Below, piece after piece: positions 44,257 to 55,870 of a stretch of 64,000 nucleotides of DNA (within the stretch, counting starts at the first letter, position 1; each line of letters opens with the position of its first letter). This DNA comes from the human T2T-CHM13v2.0 reference genome, Homo sapiens. The notes below the pieces were generated by a model, which saw only the letters and a program-made list of their open reading frames with translations, made no database searches and had not been told where the DNA came from. The stretch is from NCBI RefSeq assembly GCF_009914755.1, contig NC_060947.1. One strand, written 5' to 3'. The position numbers were made by a program, and so were the translations under genes.

Positions 44257-44585
44257 TTTTTTTTTTCTTTTATTATTATACTTTAAGTTTTAGGGTACAT
44301 GTGCACATTGTGCAGGTTAGTTACATATGTATACATGTGCCACACTGGTGCGCTGCACCCACTAACTTGTCATCTAGCATTAGGTATATCTCCCAATGCT
44401 ATCCCTCCCCCCTCCCCCCACCCCACAACAGTCCCCAGAATGTGATGTTCCCCTTCCCGTGTCCATGTGATCTCATTGTTCAATTCCCACCTATGAGTGA
44501 GAATATGCGGTGTTTGGTTTTTTGTTCTTGCGATAGTTTACTGAGAATGATGATTTCCAATTTCATCCATGTCCCTACAAAGGAC
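44257..44585 (-). mobile_element. 5'-truncated L1PA2/3 3' fragment (~330 bp)
   Basis: Poly(T), 3'UTR and the last ORF2 codons ([34 protein letters not shown]). No TSD found. Confidence 0.92.
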
Positions 44586-44843
44586 TGGAAGCTTCGGAGC
44601 ACCTGAGAACGGGCGCACAATGAGAAGTGAAACAACTTTTGGGACTGCTGGATCACTTGCACGGTTTAGAAATGGTCACCTTACTTGCACTACGGAAGAA
44701 ATCTTTACGTTTTTCTGCTCCAGAAAGGTTGCCCACCCACTCTTCTGTGAATAATGGGCCTACATGGCCCCCTGCAATGTGAGGAGGGCAACTTGGAAAG
44801 AACTTATTTCCCTCCAAGAAGATGCTCAGTTCATGCTCTAGGT

Positions 44844-45041
44844 CAGAGGTTGGCAAACTACAGCCTGTGAGCTAAATCCAGCCCACGGGCTGTTTTTGTA
44901 AATAAACTTTTATTAGCACACAGTCACGCCCAGTCATTAACATATTGTCTACTACACAGAGCTTCAACAGAGACCACATGGCCTGCGAAGCCTGAGACAT
45001 TTACTACCTGGGCCATCACAGAAGAAGTTTGCCAACACTTG
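44844..45041 (+). mobile_element. MER58A-like hAT DNA transposon
   Basis: TIR-like ends cagaggttggcaaact and agtttgccaacacttg; internal gtttttgtaaataaacttttatt. Confidence 0.8.
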
Positions 45042-45229
45042 GTCTGTATCACTGGGCATTTGGTTCATTTGTTTACCCTAACAAATGGTACCCATTTCAG
45101 GTAGAATTACAGGCCCTCATGCGGCCACGTGTTTAGCTTCCCCTCCTGTGCCAAAGCTGGCCCCAACTCCACACTCCCAATTCCACCCTTCTCAAAAGTT
45201 CTTGCCCCTAAAAGTGTTTCTTTTCCTTC

Positions 45230-45640
45230 CATTTCTCCTCCCATCAGCATCCAGAGAGAACTTTTTCAAAGAGATGAAGCCAATCCTTCCTCTGCTTAAG
45301 TCCCCCGATGGCTTCCCTACAAACAAAATACAATCCAATCCCTTTCCCATAGCCTGCAAGACCCTCTGCAAATTCACGACTACTTCCCTGGTGCATTGTG
45401 TGACAGGCACACTGGCTGCCTGCCCGTCACTGGAACAGTCCAAAAGCCCCACCCCAGGGCCTTCCCACTTGCTGCCCTCCTGCCTGGGATGCTCTGCCCC
45501 CAGTCCTTCTCCTGGCCTGCTCAGAGCCACCTGCCATTCTATCACATCACTATTTTTTCAGTCTTTGAAAGAATACTGCACACACTCTTAACTTGTTCTT
45601 GTTGTTCACTTACCGTTTGTCCTACTAGAATTCCAGCTCC
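45230..45640 (+). mobile_element. L2 3' fragment
   Basis: tcctctgcttaagtcccccgatggcttccc...cccagggccttcccacttgctgccctcctgcctgggatgctct. Confidence 0.7.
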
Positions 45641-46364
45641 TTCTCTCTGGTTCCCCACTTCTCTCCCTGGCCTGTGCTCATTCTAATGGAAGTGTCAGTT
45701 CTGGGCCCCCTAGGCAGCCCTGCCTGCCCTTTACTGTCATATGACTTCATCTCTATAGTGGAGGGGAGCCCAGTGCCACTCTGTAGGTGCTTCTTTCCTA
45801 GAATAAGCTTCAGGCCCTAAAGTTGTCTAGCCTTAGGGCTGCCCATGTGATGCTGTCAGCAAAACTAAACATGTTCTTGCCTCTTTTCCTCCCTCAAGTC
45901 AAGCCCTTAGAGTTTAGAACAATGAACTTGGCCTATATAAAATACCTCCAGGAAATCAGTCCTCAAACACCAACTCCCAACATCTGCTTTCTGAATATAT
46001 GGCTTCAAACAGCTAAGTGTACAGTATCTAACTGCTGTCCATCCTTTTGGTTTTTTTAGCCACATGACATCTAAGGAACTTAGAAAATGCCTTGCCCTTT
46101 CCTGTAGTTAAATTTGACATAAAATTACTTTATTGGCAGCATATTAACAAACAAAAATCTCCTGTGTTTTTCCCGGTAATTCAGTTTCAGTTTTCCAGGT
46201 AAGAAAAAGATAATTTTGAATGACTACAAGGAGACAGACTGTTTTGAGGTTTCTGTTAATAACACATTCAGAGTGTGCCTTCTTCCTCTGTCCCAGTCAG
46301 TGGTGCTGTTGACAGAGTGGTACAACAAGAATGAAATATACTGTGGGAACTCACCCTGATCCCA

Positions 46365-46650
46365 ACACCCTCATCAACACCATCACCACCATCACTATTG
46401 CTACCAGCACCACCACCTCCACCACCACTACCCTCACCTTCACTACCACCACCCTTTAAATCAACACCATTACCACCATCACCATGGCTACCACCATCCC
46501 ACCATCCCAATTGCCACCACCACATCCACCACCATTACCACCACCACCATCATCACTACCACCCTTACCTCCGTCATTACCACCTCCATCACCTCTACCA
46601 TTACCATGATTACTATCGCCATCCCCTCTACCACCACCACCCTACCACTT
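46365..46650 (+). repeat. Degenerate (CAC/CAT)n low-complexity tract
   Basis: Read directly; it generates the spurious His/Pro- and Gly-rich ORFs. Confidence 0.9.
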
Positions 46651-49044
46651 CTCTCTCTATCTCTCTCTCATGTACACGTACATGGTTATATGACACTTCA
46701 TGATGCAATCATAGACACTGTCCACATACAGTGAAATAAGTACATGTTTTTAAATTGTCATTATTTTCAATATAGAACCTACTCTTGTTGCTATGTGCTT
46801 TGGGGTGGGGAACATCAACGTGTGTTTATGGCCAAAATTGAATTAGGATTCATAAGAAAGGGCTATATCTCCAAATGCGCACTTTTAAAAAAGTTAAGTT
46901 TGGATGAGGGATCTTTCATTTCATAAAAGGATATACTGAGGATTTCCTTTCAGTGACAAATTTTTGCTGCATTTTATTTTGATTTGGTTTACAAAAGTTA
47001 GCCTTTCACACAGCTGTTCAGGAGCGCAGCCAATGACTAAAGGCAGATCTGCCTTGAATAGCAAATGCTGCTGAGTAAACCATGTTACAGGCTATTTTAG
47101 GACCACCAAGAATGTGTTTGCATTTTCAAGAGTAGAAGGAGAGATCATATTTATTTGGTATCTACACTATGCCACACACTATGCTAATTACATTTCTAAG
47201 CTCATGTAATCCTTACAACAAATTTACGAAGGCTTTACTTTCCCCATTTTGTAGGTAAGAAAACAGGCTCACAGAGGGAAAAATGACTTGCCCAAGGTGA
47301 CCACCAATTAGAGACAAGGTTTAAACAGACCATGAGGGCTCAGGGCCTACCTCAAGCCCTCTAATCACCCTACACTGCTAAGTTCTTCTATTAGAATTTG
47401 TTGTGCAGAAGGTTTTCTTCTTCTTCTTCTTCTTTTTTTTTTTTTTGTATAATCAGATTATCCATTTGCCTACAAAGCCTATAGTGTGCAAGGAGTGTGT
47501 AGTGGTCCAGTCAGTGTACCCTGGCACTTGAGAGCTCATTAAGGGCCCAGGAGAATCAGCAAATTCTCAGCAGCCAAGCTACCCTAACGTATATCATAGA
47601 AACTACAATAGGAGATTTCTTCTCTGAGGTCACTGCTATCTGGCACTATCCTGTGATGTATGGTTTGGAAAACCGTGGGTCAAATACAACCGTCCCTACA
47701 GGCAAGTCAAAATATCGTGGCTGAAACTAAAAGTGATTTTTTATCCTCAGTCTAAGTGTGAAGAGCTGAAGTGATCTGCCTTTCCTTTAGCACCCCAGAA
47801 TTACCTCTGGGTTCATTCGGGGAAGGCTGGCTTACTGCTGAGGTGTCCACACATCTACCACTATACATGCCTGGGGTTCTTGGGGGTTCTGTTACCTGGG
47901 CTGAACTCTGGAGTCCTGAGTGCCAAGCTCTTCTCTGCCACTATCTATATGACTTTTAGTAAGCCACCTGCAACTCCTTCACCTCAGTTTACCCATGTGT
48001 AAATCAGGGACCCCAAGCAAAGCCCTGCCTACCTCCTAGGATTCTTGTTAGAATCAAAGGCTGATGAATGAGAAAGTACACTGTCCACTGAAAGGGCCTG
48101 GGATTTTATAAAGGCCTGTAGTTGGTAACACCAAGACTTGGATCTGAAGGTCTAGAAAAGCACAACATCCTGAGACTCTGTGTGGATCCCTTTAGCCTAC
48201 TGTGAGTGCTTATGTCATGTCATGAACATGATATACCCCCCATACAGCCCTAAAAAGTCTTTGCTACTAGAAGCCGCATCCTGTATGTGTATAAAAATAC
48301 AGAACCAACCTCCCAGGTACACACCCGTTGCACAGGCAGTCTCTGCTGAGTCATTGTGCAGACACGTCTCTTGCTGCTTCTGGCCATGTTGTTCCCAGAA
48401 ATGGCTCTAGAGGGATTTCCCGCATGGCTGAATAGATGGGGAGCATACGAGGAGCTCACCTTTTCAGGGTTCCAGATATACAGCTGGGCCGGAGGGGCTG
48501 GGAGGCAGAAGAGTGGGTGCAGCAGAGTAGGCTTGTGGAAGACAAAGCCTTCAGAAAAGTTTCTTGCCCGAGGCAAATGCAGTCCATGCTAGAAGGTACA
48601 TTCCCAGCCAGGAAGAGAGTGCAATGTCCTCTCCAACTCAAATGGCAGTGACCAGTGGGTCTCCCCAAACTCTGCCATAGGACATTAGGGCTTTACCAAG
48701 CACTGTCCAGGTTGCAGTTTTAGATGGGAAAGGGCACTTGGCCTTGAGAAGGTACAGAAGCCAACTCCCTGGTCACCGCATTTGTTCATGCTTTTTCCCT
48801 TGGCCCTCAGCCTCTGGATGCCATCATTTGGCCTGGAGATAGGAAAAGTGTTGCCTACATCTGCCTCTGGTACTAGCAAAGGGCATGGTACAGTGTGGTG
48901 CAGACCAGCAGCAGGAACAGAAAGGTGCTTCTCTAAGGAAGCTGCAGAGATTTCTCTGCCAGTCTGGAGATCAGCTTTGGGTCCCAGCTCTCCCTGCTAC
49001 TCTTCCATATACCTCCAATGATGCAAGTTTCCAAGAAGACCAAG

Positions 49045-49612
49045 GCTGTGAAAAACAGTGTGGTGGTTCCTCAAGAAGTTAGTTCAACATAAAATTACAC
49101 CATGACCTAGCAATTCCACTCCTTGGTATACACCCAAAAGAACTGAAAACAAGTGTTCAACAAAAACTTGTATGCAAATGTTCACAGCAACACTATTCAC
49201 AATAGCCAAAAGACAGAAACAACCCAAATGTCCATCAGATGAATGGACTGACCAAGTGTGGCACGTCCACACAATGGAATATTATTTGGCCACAAAAGGA
49301 ACGGAGTACTGAGGCATGCCACAACATGGATGAGCCCAGAAAACATGATGCCGGGTGAAAGAAGCCAGGCACAAAACGCCACATATTGTATGATCCCATT
49401 TATATGAAGTATTCAGAATAAGCAAATTCATAGAGACAGAGGGTAGATAAATGTGTTGCCAGGAGCTGGGGGTTTCCATTTGGGATGATGAAAAAGTTCT
49501 GGAACTAGATAGTGGTGATAGTTGCACAACATTGTGAATGTCCTAAATGCTACCGAATTGTACACTTTTAAAAAGTTAATTTCATGCTATGTCTATTTTA
49601 CCTCAATTTAAA
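49045..49612 (+). mobile_element. L1MB-type 3' fragment, sense to MAMLD1
   Basis: gacctagcaattccactcc...aacaacccaaatgtccatca...gttctggaactagatagtggtgatagttgcacaacattgtgaatg...ttttacctcaatttaaaa. Confidence 0.85.
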
Positions 49613-50270
49613 AAGAGAGGACCTAGACCATGGGAAGAGTCTTTGGACTGACTCCTTATCCCATGTTCCCTCCAAGTTTCAGCTGCTCTGATGCCAAGAC
49701 TCTCATGGCATCAGAGCTCACCAGCCTGGCTCTAAATCTACTAAGTGGGGTCGATATCTCTGCAGGCTAAAAGTTGGCACTCAGGAGCTAAAATGTGCTT
49801 ATTCAATAAGCATGTGACCCCTCTGCTAAGCTACAGAGGCATGTTCTGGACATAAATTGTTTTAAATGTGGCCATTGATAGCAGCATCTCTCTTTGGTGT
49901 GTCCTAGCAGGAAGAGGTCATAGACAGGATGCCCCTCTAGAAGGTTCTGAACTAATCAGGTGTCTCTGGAATCTTCTCCCACCTACATAGCAGTTGAATT
50001 TCTCAAGCAGGGAAATATTCTGCATGGTCTGAAGCTTGTTGCCATTTTATTTAGCCTACTGTTGGGGCACAGAGAGAGGTAAGGTCACCTCTGGCCTAAG
50101 CTTCAAAGTTCATCCCTCAAGCCTTCTAAGACCCGGTACCTAATTTTGTTTTAATTTTATATTCTGTTTCATAAAGAGGGCCCCAGATTATAAAAGCTTC
50201 AGTCCCAAAACTAGAGACCCAAACACCTCACTATAGGAAAGAAGGCTCTGATTAACCAGCAGCTGTTTTT

Positions 50271-50667
50271 TTTCTTTCTCTTTATTCTTTCCAGCTCTAT
50301 TGAGGTATAAGTGACAAATTAAAAATGTATATTTAAGGTATACAGTGTGATGATTTGATATACATATATATTGTGAAATGATTACCACAATCAAGTTAGT
50401 CAATGCATCCATCCATAACTTCATCTAGTTATATTTGTTTCTGAACTCATAGAACTGTTTTAAAATCATAGAAACAGTAGAAGGCTGGTTACCAAGAGTT
50501 GCAGGGGGTGGAGTGTGAAATGGGGAGATGTCAGTCAATGGGTACAAATTCTCAGTTATAGGATGCATAAATTTGGGCAATCTAATGTACAGCACTGTGG
50601 CTATATTTAATAATGCTGTATTGCATATTTGAAATTTACTGTGAGAGCAGATCTTAAATGTTCTTAT
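50271..50667 (-). mobile_element. L1MA9-like 3' end with an inverted 5' segment (twin-priming structure)
   Basis: Terminal 3'UTR on the - strand (~50285-50430); the upstream 3'UTR part on the + strand (~50460-50667). TSD agcagctgttttt / agcaactattttt. Confidence 0.75.
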
Positions 50668-51439
50668 AGCAACTATTTTTCTATTTGCCCCATTTAAACT
50701 ACTCTAGTTGGTGTCCTGGCAATGAGGAGGACTGTCACCTTGTTTCCTGACCTTGCCACTGCAATCCAAATGGGGTCTGTTTTTATCATGCCAGGAAAGG
50801 AGGGGGAGGCTGCGTGGGTTCAGCAGGGGTGTCTCCTGACTGTGCCTTCCAGGCAGTCTGTCACTGTGTGTTCCCCCAGGAGGCCCTGGACCAAAGGCCT
50901 TTTCATCTCAGTACCCCAATTTCTAACCTCATAAGGTTACACTGAAGATGAAAGGAATTGATGTAGTTAACAGGGCTGAAGCAGAGGCTTGGTAACTAGT
51001 TGCTCTTGTTATTTCCTCTGCTTGTAGAGGAAGTTGGTATAGTCTCTCTCTCTCTCTCTCTTTCTCTAGCTCTGGCTCTCCTTCAACCATTGCCCTATCA
51101 TCTGAATGGCACCTTGGCCCATTTCCTCCAAGCCCCACTTCTGCTTGAGGACAGGGCTCTGGAGGCTGACAAACCCAAGTTCACTCCCTGGTTCCACCAC
51201 TTTTTAGCCAGCCAAATGCCCTTAAGCAAGTGACACTCCCTGTCTTCAACTGGGCACCCTCATCTGTACAATGAGGGTGGGGGTGATCACATTAGTACTG
51301 ACTTTCTTGAGTCACTGGGAACATTAAGGTAAAGCCTAAAATGCATTTGGAACTGTACCTGTCACTTAGTAAGTATTCCAAAGTCACTCTTGAAGTCTAC
51401 TTATAAATCAGGTCTCCCTTACTAAAACAAAAGGAAATG

Positions 51440-51535
51440 GAGAAAGAGAAGAAAGGAGAAAGATGGGAATAAGAAAGGAAGAGAGGGAGGGATGGAGGGA
51501 GGGAGGGAGGGAGGAAGGAAGGAAGACAGGCAGGC
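51440..51535 (+). repeat. GA-rich (GGAG/GGAA)n tract
   Basis: Read directly from the sequence. Confidence 0.85.
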
Positions 51536-54423
51536 AAGACTCTTTAATCTTTGCTCCTTGTTCTCTCTAGCCACTCACACTCAAGTTCCAGCCCCCACCA
51601 ATTTGGAGATGATTCCCTGATAAACCTCTAAACTGCAGGCATCTCTGTTCTTCATTTCTAAGATGAGGATGATAATGGGAATATCTTTCTCATAGAGTTG
51701 TGAAGATAACTATGTGAATGCATACAAAGTGCTTAGTACCACAATAGTCATTTGTGTCTTGTGATTCCAGGAGTTTTGGGCAGAGGATTGTGTGCCCTGG
51801 TCAGGGTGCCCACAGGCAAGGTTGCCACTGATCTGATGGGGCCAATCCAACAGGCATGGAGCCCAGAAACAGGCTTCCATGTCCAATCCCATGTCCTGCT
51901 CTTGGGAAGGCTTTCCCACTCCGAACCACAAAACCACTGGGTTTATCTGGGCCACTCTGATGAAAGTCACATTCCCCTGAACAAATATCCTCACCACAAG
52001 GGCACCTGGGTCATCCTGCTCTGTGAAGCACTGAAAGAGTGAGGCAGAAAATGGAGTGACTACTTCCAGAAATGGAATCACCTCAAGTCATATCAATTCT
52101 CTTGGGAAGAGCCCCTTGGGTTTGTATAGTTCTTTAAAGTCTGAGGGACAGTGGAGAGGCAGGTCCCAAGGAGTGCTAATGCAGAAGTAACATACTATGG
52201 CAGCCTGGCATGGGTCAGATCATAAGGGGGGCCAGCCAGGGCGTGGAGGCAGGACTGGCAGGGCCTGGCAGTAAGAAGAGATATTGCTACTGCATTCACA
52301 CGGTCCCAATCAGAAGTCTTAGAGATTATCTGTAGAGAGAGCTGTGGCTACCCCATATAGTACGTGACTTCCACACAGCCCAAACTACCCTAATTAATAA
52401 TGACCCAGAAGCTGATTGTTTCTAGCTCTCAGATTAGCAGTGGCTCCTTATTGCCCCAGCTTAGCTCTACCAGATGTCCTGTCCCTGAAATGTACCAGTA
52501 GCCCCTCTAAAAACCCACTTGGCTCATCAGGGCCCAGTCCAGGGCCCTCCCCACCTATCCCATTCCTAATCCCATCAGCATTAGCGAGAAGCCTGCCACT
52601 GCCTCAGGGACCTCGCATCTGGAGACTCAGCCAAGATGGTGGCACCTGTGAGAGGATCCACAGGTAGCCAAGTCCAGGTAGCCAGAGGCCAGGTGGCAAT
52701 GGGGAAGAGCATAAGTGACCCCTGTCCAATATGCCCTCATCAGCCAAATCTGGGGCCTCAGTTTGGGCTTTGTGGTGTGAAGGTACCACCCGCCAAATGG
52801 GCCTGGAGCCACCAGCATAGCTGCCCTCCTTCTCCCTGGGTGGCCCTGGAGGTGCCACACTTGCAGCATTCCTGGGTGGTCCTTCTGTGCATGGGCTGTA
52901 GGTGGAGGTGTGGAAAGCTGAAGACAGGGTCAGGCACAGCCCAGGGCAGCCTAGAGATATTTACATCATGATGATGGGATTAGACAGCCCACTCGCTTGT
53001 GCGGTATCTGGACGCCACTGGCTTGCAGAGCATTTGGGGGTTACTGCTTGAGAGTGTTTTCCACTGGTCTTGTCACTCCCTAGGTGAAGGAAAGTCTGGC
53101 TTTTGTAGGAACTGCCTGGGTCTCTGGTGGAGTATTTCCTTCCTCACCTCTGGATTATTCTGCCTCTTTAGAGCATTCTAGAAAAGGGGTGTTTTCTCGG
53201 TTCATTGGCCACACGGCATGGCTGCATCCTGGTGACATTTTCCCAGCATCAGATGGTTGGAGACTGCAATGAGGAGGCTCCACACAATTCATAGCCTTCA
53301 GCCAGGCCCCTTGCTAAAGTGCTGCATGGGACGGAGAAGACCAAACCAATTGGAGAGGGACTCGATGGAAGCCACACATGGAGTTTTGTGTTGTTGTCCA
53401 GTACTTACTGTGGTTGCCCTGCTCCCATTGACCTGGACGATCCATGTTACCATCTGCCCCTCCTCCCAAAAAAGGGAAGCTTCCTGTTCTTGGAGTTGGC
53501 ACTAGGAGCCACCCTCAGTGGCTTAAACAGATTTCTTTTAACTATGAGGTAGTGCACTAGATGAACCAGACTACAGGAGATGCCAGCTCTGTAGCCATCA
53601 TTTCACAATGCAGCCATACCTAAGAGCCTAGGACAGGCCATACCCGGTGGGCGGAGCAGGGATGGGCCACAGCTGGAGGACTGAAAGTGGGATCTCAGCC
53701 TCAGTTACAGAGGCACTCCCTGATGGCCAGGCAGCAATCCTGTGGAGGGCTTTGTCATCAGAAAATAGGAGCCCATCATCTCTGGAAGGTTGGAAGCACC
53801 ATGGTGAGATGGGATGTGTGTCCAAGAGTTAAACTGGTCTGGAGTTCTCTTTTAACACCATCATCACACCCCTTCATTTAATCTATGCTGGACTTTGACC
53901 ATAAAAAACCAAACTTGAAATTGGGATCCCTGCACCGACTGGTGAGGCACATAGGAGAGGGTTGGTTTGGGTTCCATATGACTGACATAAAGCAGAGCAA
54001 ATATTGGCTTGGGACCCAAACCAACCCTCTCTTAGGCTTGTTAAGGCCCCATTCAGGATAGTTCCCTGGAGGTGGTTGGAGAGCTGGCAGCCTTTCTGGT
54101 GACTGGTGACCTGGTAGTACTCTCTAATAGAATATGTCAATAAGCACAGCTCATTTGACCAGAATTGTAGGCCGCCTTTCTCGATCCAACAGGTGCAGAC
54201 CTGCTACTCTCAGGATTCACTTTGCTAGTCTCCCGCACTCCACACCGGATCCCAAAGTCTATGTTCAAGTAATCCCCTATTTAAATGTCATAGATATATT
54301 TGGGGAGGCTCATAATTTGATTCAAGTAACAGTCTGATCTGTGCCTCTCACTGAGCTGGTGCAGGTAATACTTTCTTTAAGAGTGTGTGCAAGTGGCTCT
54401 CCTCAGCCTACTCTCACCCCCAG

Positions 54424-54498
54424 GGAAAGAAGCCCTCGTGGATGGAGGAAGAAGATTTATCTTTTCTCTACAAGAGCAGCCCAGGAAGAAAGCATCAG
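54424..54498 (+). CDS. MAMLD1: MAMLD1 75-nt symmetric (phase 0/0) cassette exon, codons 33-57 (GKKPSWMEEEDLSFLYKSSPGRKHQ)
   Basis: Acceptor ctctcacccccag|GGA and donor CAG|gtaagc. In frame with both flanking exons; matches the recalled long MAMLD1 isoform. Confidence 0.9.
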
Positions 54499-55488
54499 GT
54501 AAGCATAAGCTTACCAAAGCTGGGACCCATTCACTTTACAGTGGGGAAACTGAGGCCCCGAGTGTGAAAGGGACCTACAAGAGGTCACACCACAAGGTCC
54601 TTTAAGAGAGGCAGAGCCCAGGGAGAAGTGAGAAGGTTGGGCTTAAATGATCTCTGCCCGGTGGCCCTGGTGGCCTCCAACCTCGGTTCTGCCTCCACTT
54701 CTCCCTTTGCCTGTGTGATTTTGGGCTTGTTAGCCAAATTTAGGTGAAATGTAGATTAAGCTTGTGAACCTGGGTCCAGCAGAAGTGGAGTCATCTGGAT
54801 TGGGACAGGGCCCTCTCCTTTGACCTTTAGCTTCTATTACAGCTACCTCAGGCAGCACCTACTTCCTCTATAGATCAACCTCACCAAATCCATCCAGATG
54901 TTTCTCTTCTCCCCACAGTAATCATCTCTATCCCACTAATGACAGAACCTGGGAATGTGTTTGGGGAAGACTGGGTGAGGATTTCTTCCTGTGAAAACAG
55001 AGTACAGGCCTCACCAGGCTTAACATGAGTGGGTGTGAGCAGCCCGTCTTGAAGGGCCCAGCAGTTCTGACGGTCTAGGAGTTAGAGGCTAGCTCTCAAC
55101 AAATGCTTGTTCAATGGCAGAATACCTTGATTCTTCTCAGGAGATGGTACAATACAAATTCTGAGCTCATTAAATTCATATACATCTATAGGTTGAGGAT
55201 CATCCTTAGAGCTGTCAGTTCTTCCAACTGGCATGTCTACACTACAGAAAAGGAGAAAGTAGTTCTAGAACACTGCCCACCCAGGTTTGCTCATCTCTGC
55301 CTTTGTCAGTGCACTTCCAGCCACTCCAGGCTGCTGCTCAGATAGTTCTGGCAGAAGCCTGTTGAAGCCCCAGCCCTCAGGTCAGGGTGGCTAAAGGCTG
55401 ATGACTGTGGCAGCCTTCAGAGTGGCAGGTGGTGGCAAGCAGCAGGAGGCAGGAGTTTCCAGGCTCAGCCACCAAGACAGCATCCCTG

Positions 55489-55525
55489 GCTGTCAGGTCA
55501 GTGCTGTCAGGTCAGTGCTGTCAGG
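55489..55525 (+). repeat. 14-bp tandem repeat gctgtcaggtcagt, about 2.6 copies
   Basis: Units at 55489-55502 and 55503-55516, partial copy at 55517-55525. Confidence 0.9.
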
Positions 55526-55659
55526 ACTAAGCTGCTTGCCTCCCCCTACTTCCACTCCATCCCCCTATCCTAGTGAATGCATCCTTATTTGTAAGAAAGC
55601 AACAGAGGCCCAACACGAAGACACAGGGCCTTGAGAATGATATCAGTAGTGATTACTGC

Positions 55660-55870
55660 TCCCCAAGTGCTCTCCTCAGTGAGTACAGTGGAACCTTTCA
55701 CTAATGCTGTGAAGCACACATGGTGGGCCAAGTACCCATTTTACAGAAGAAGAAATTGAGCTTCAGGGAGGGGAGTGGCTTGCCCACAGCCACACAACAA
55801 ACGGAGGAGCTAGGACTTAACTGCAGGTCTTCTCATGTGCATTCCAGGGCCCCTTCCTCCACCGCAGCCT
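55660..55870 (-). mobile_element. MIR
   Basis: cccattttacagaagaagaaattgagcttcagggag...gcttgcccacagccacacaac...gagctaggacttaactgcaggtct. Confidence 0.75.

Noticed and set aside
44707-44720. acgtttttctgctc as a distant TSD for the 44.3-kb L1
   Set aside because: Only 11/14 identity in pyrimidine-rich sequence, too diverged for such a young insertion.
45085-45686. 168-aa ORF and overlapping ORFs
   Set aside because: They overlap a decayed L2 element and show no protein-like features.
46268-46703. His/Pro-rich and Gly-rich ORFs
   Set aside because: These are translations of a (CAC)n low-complexity tract.
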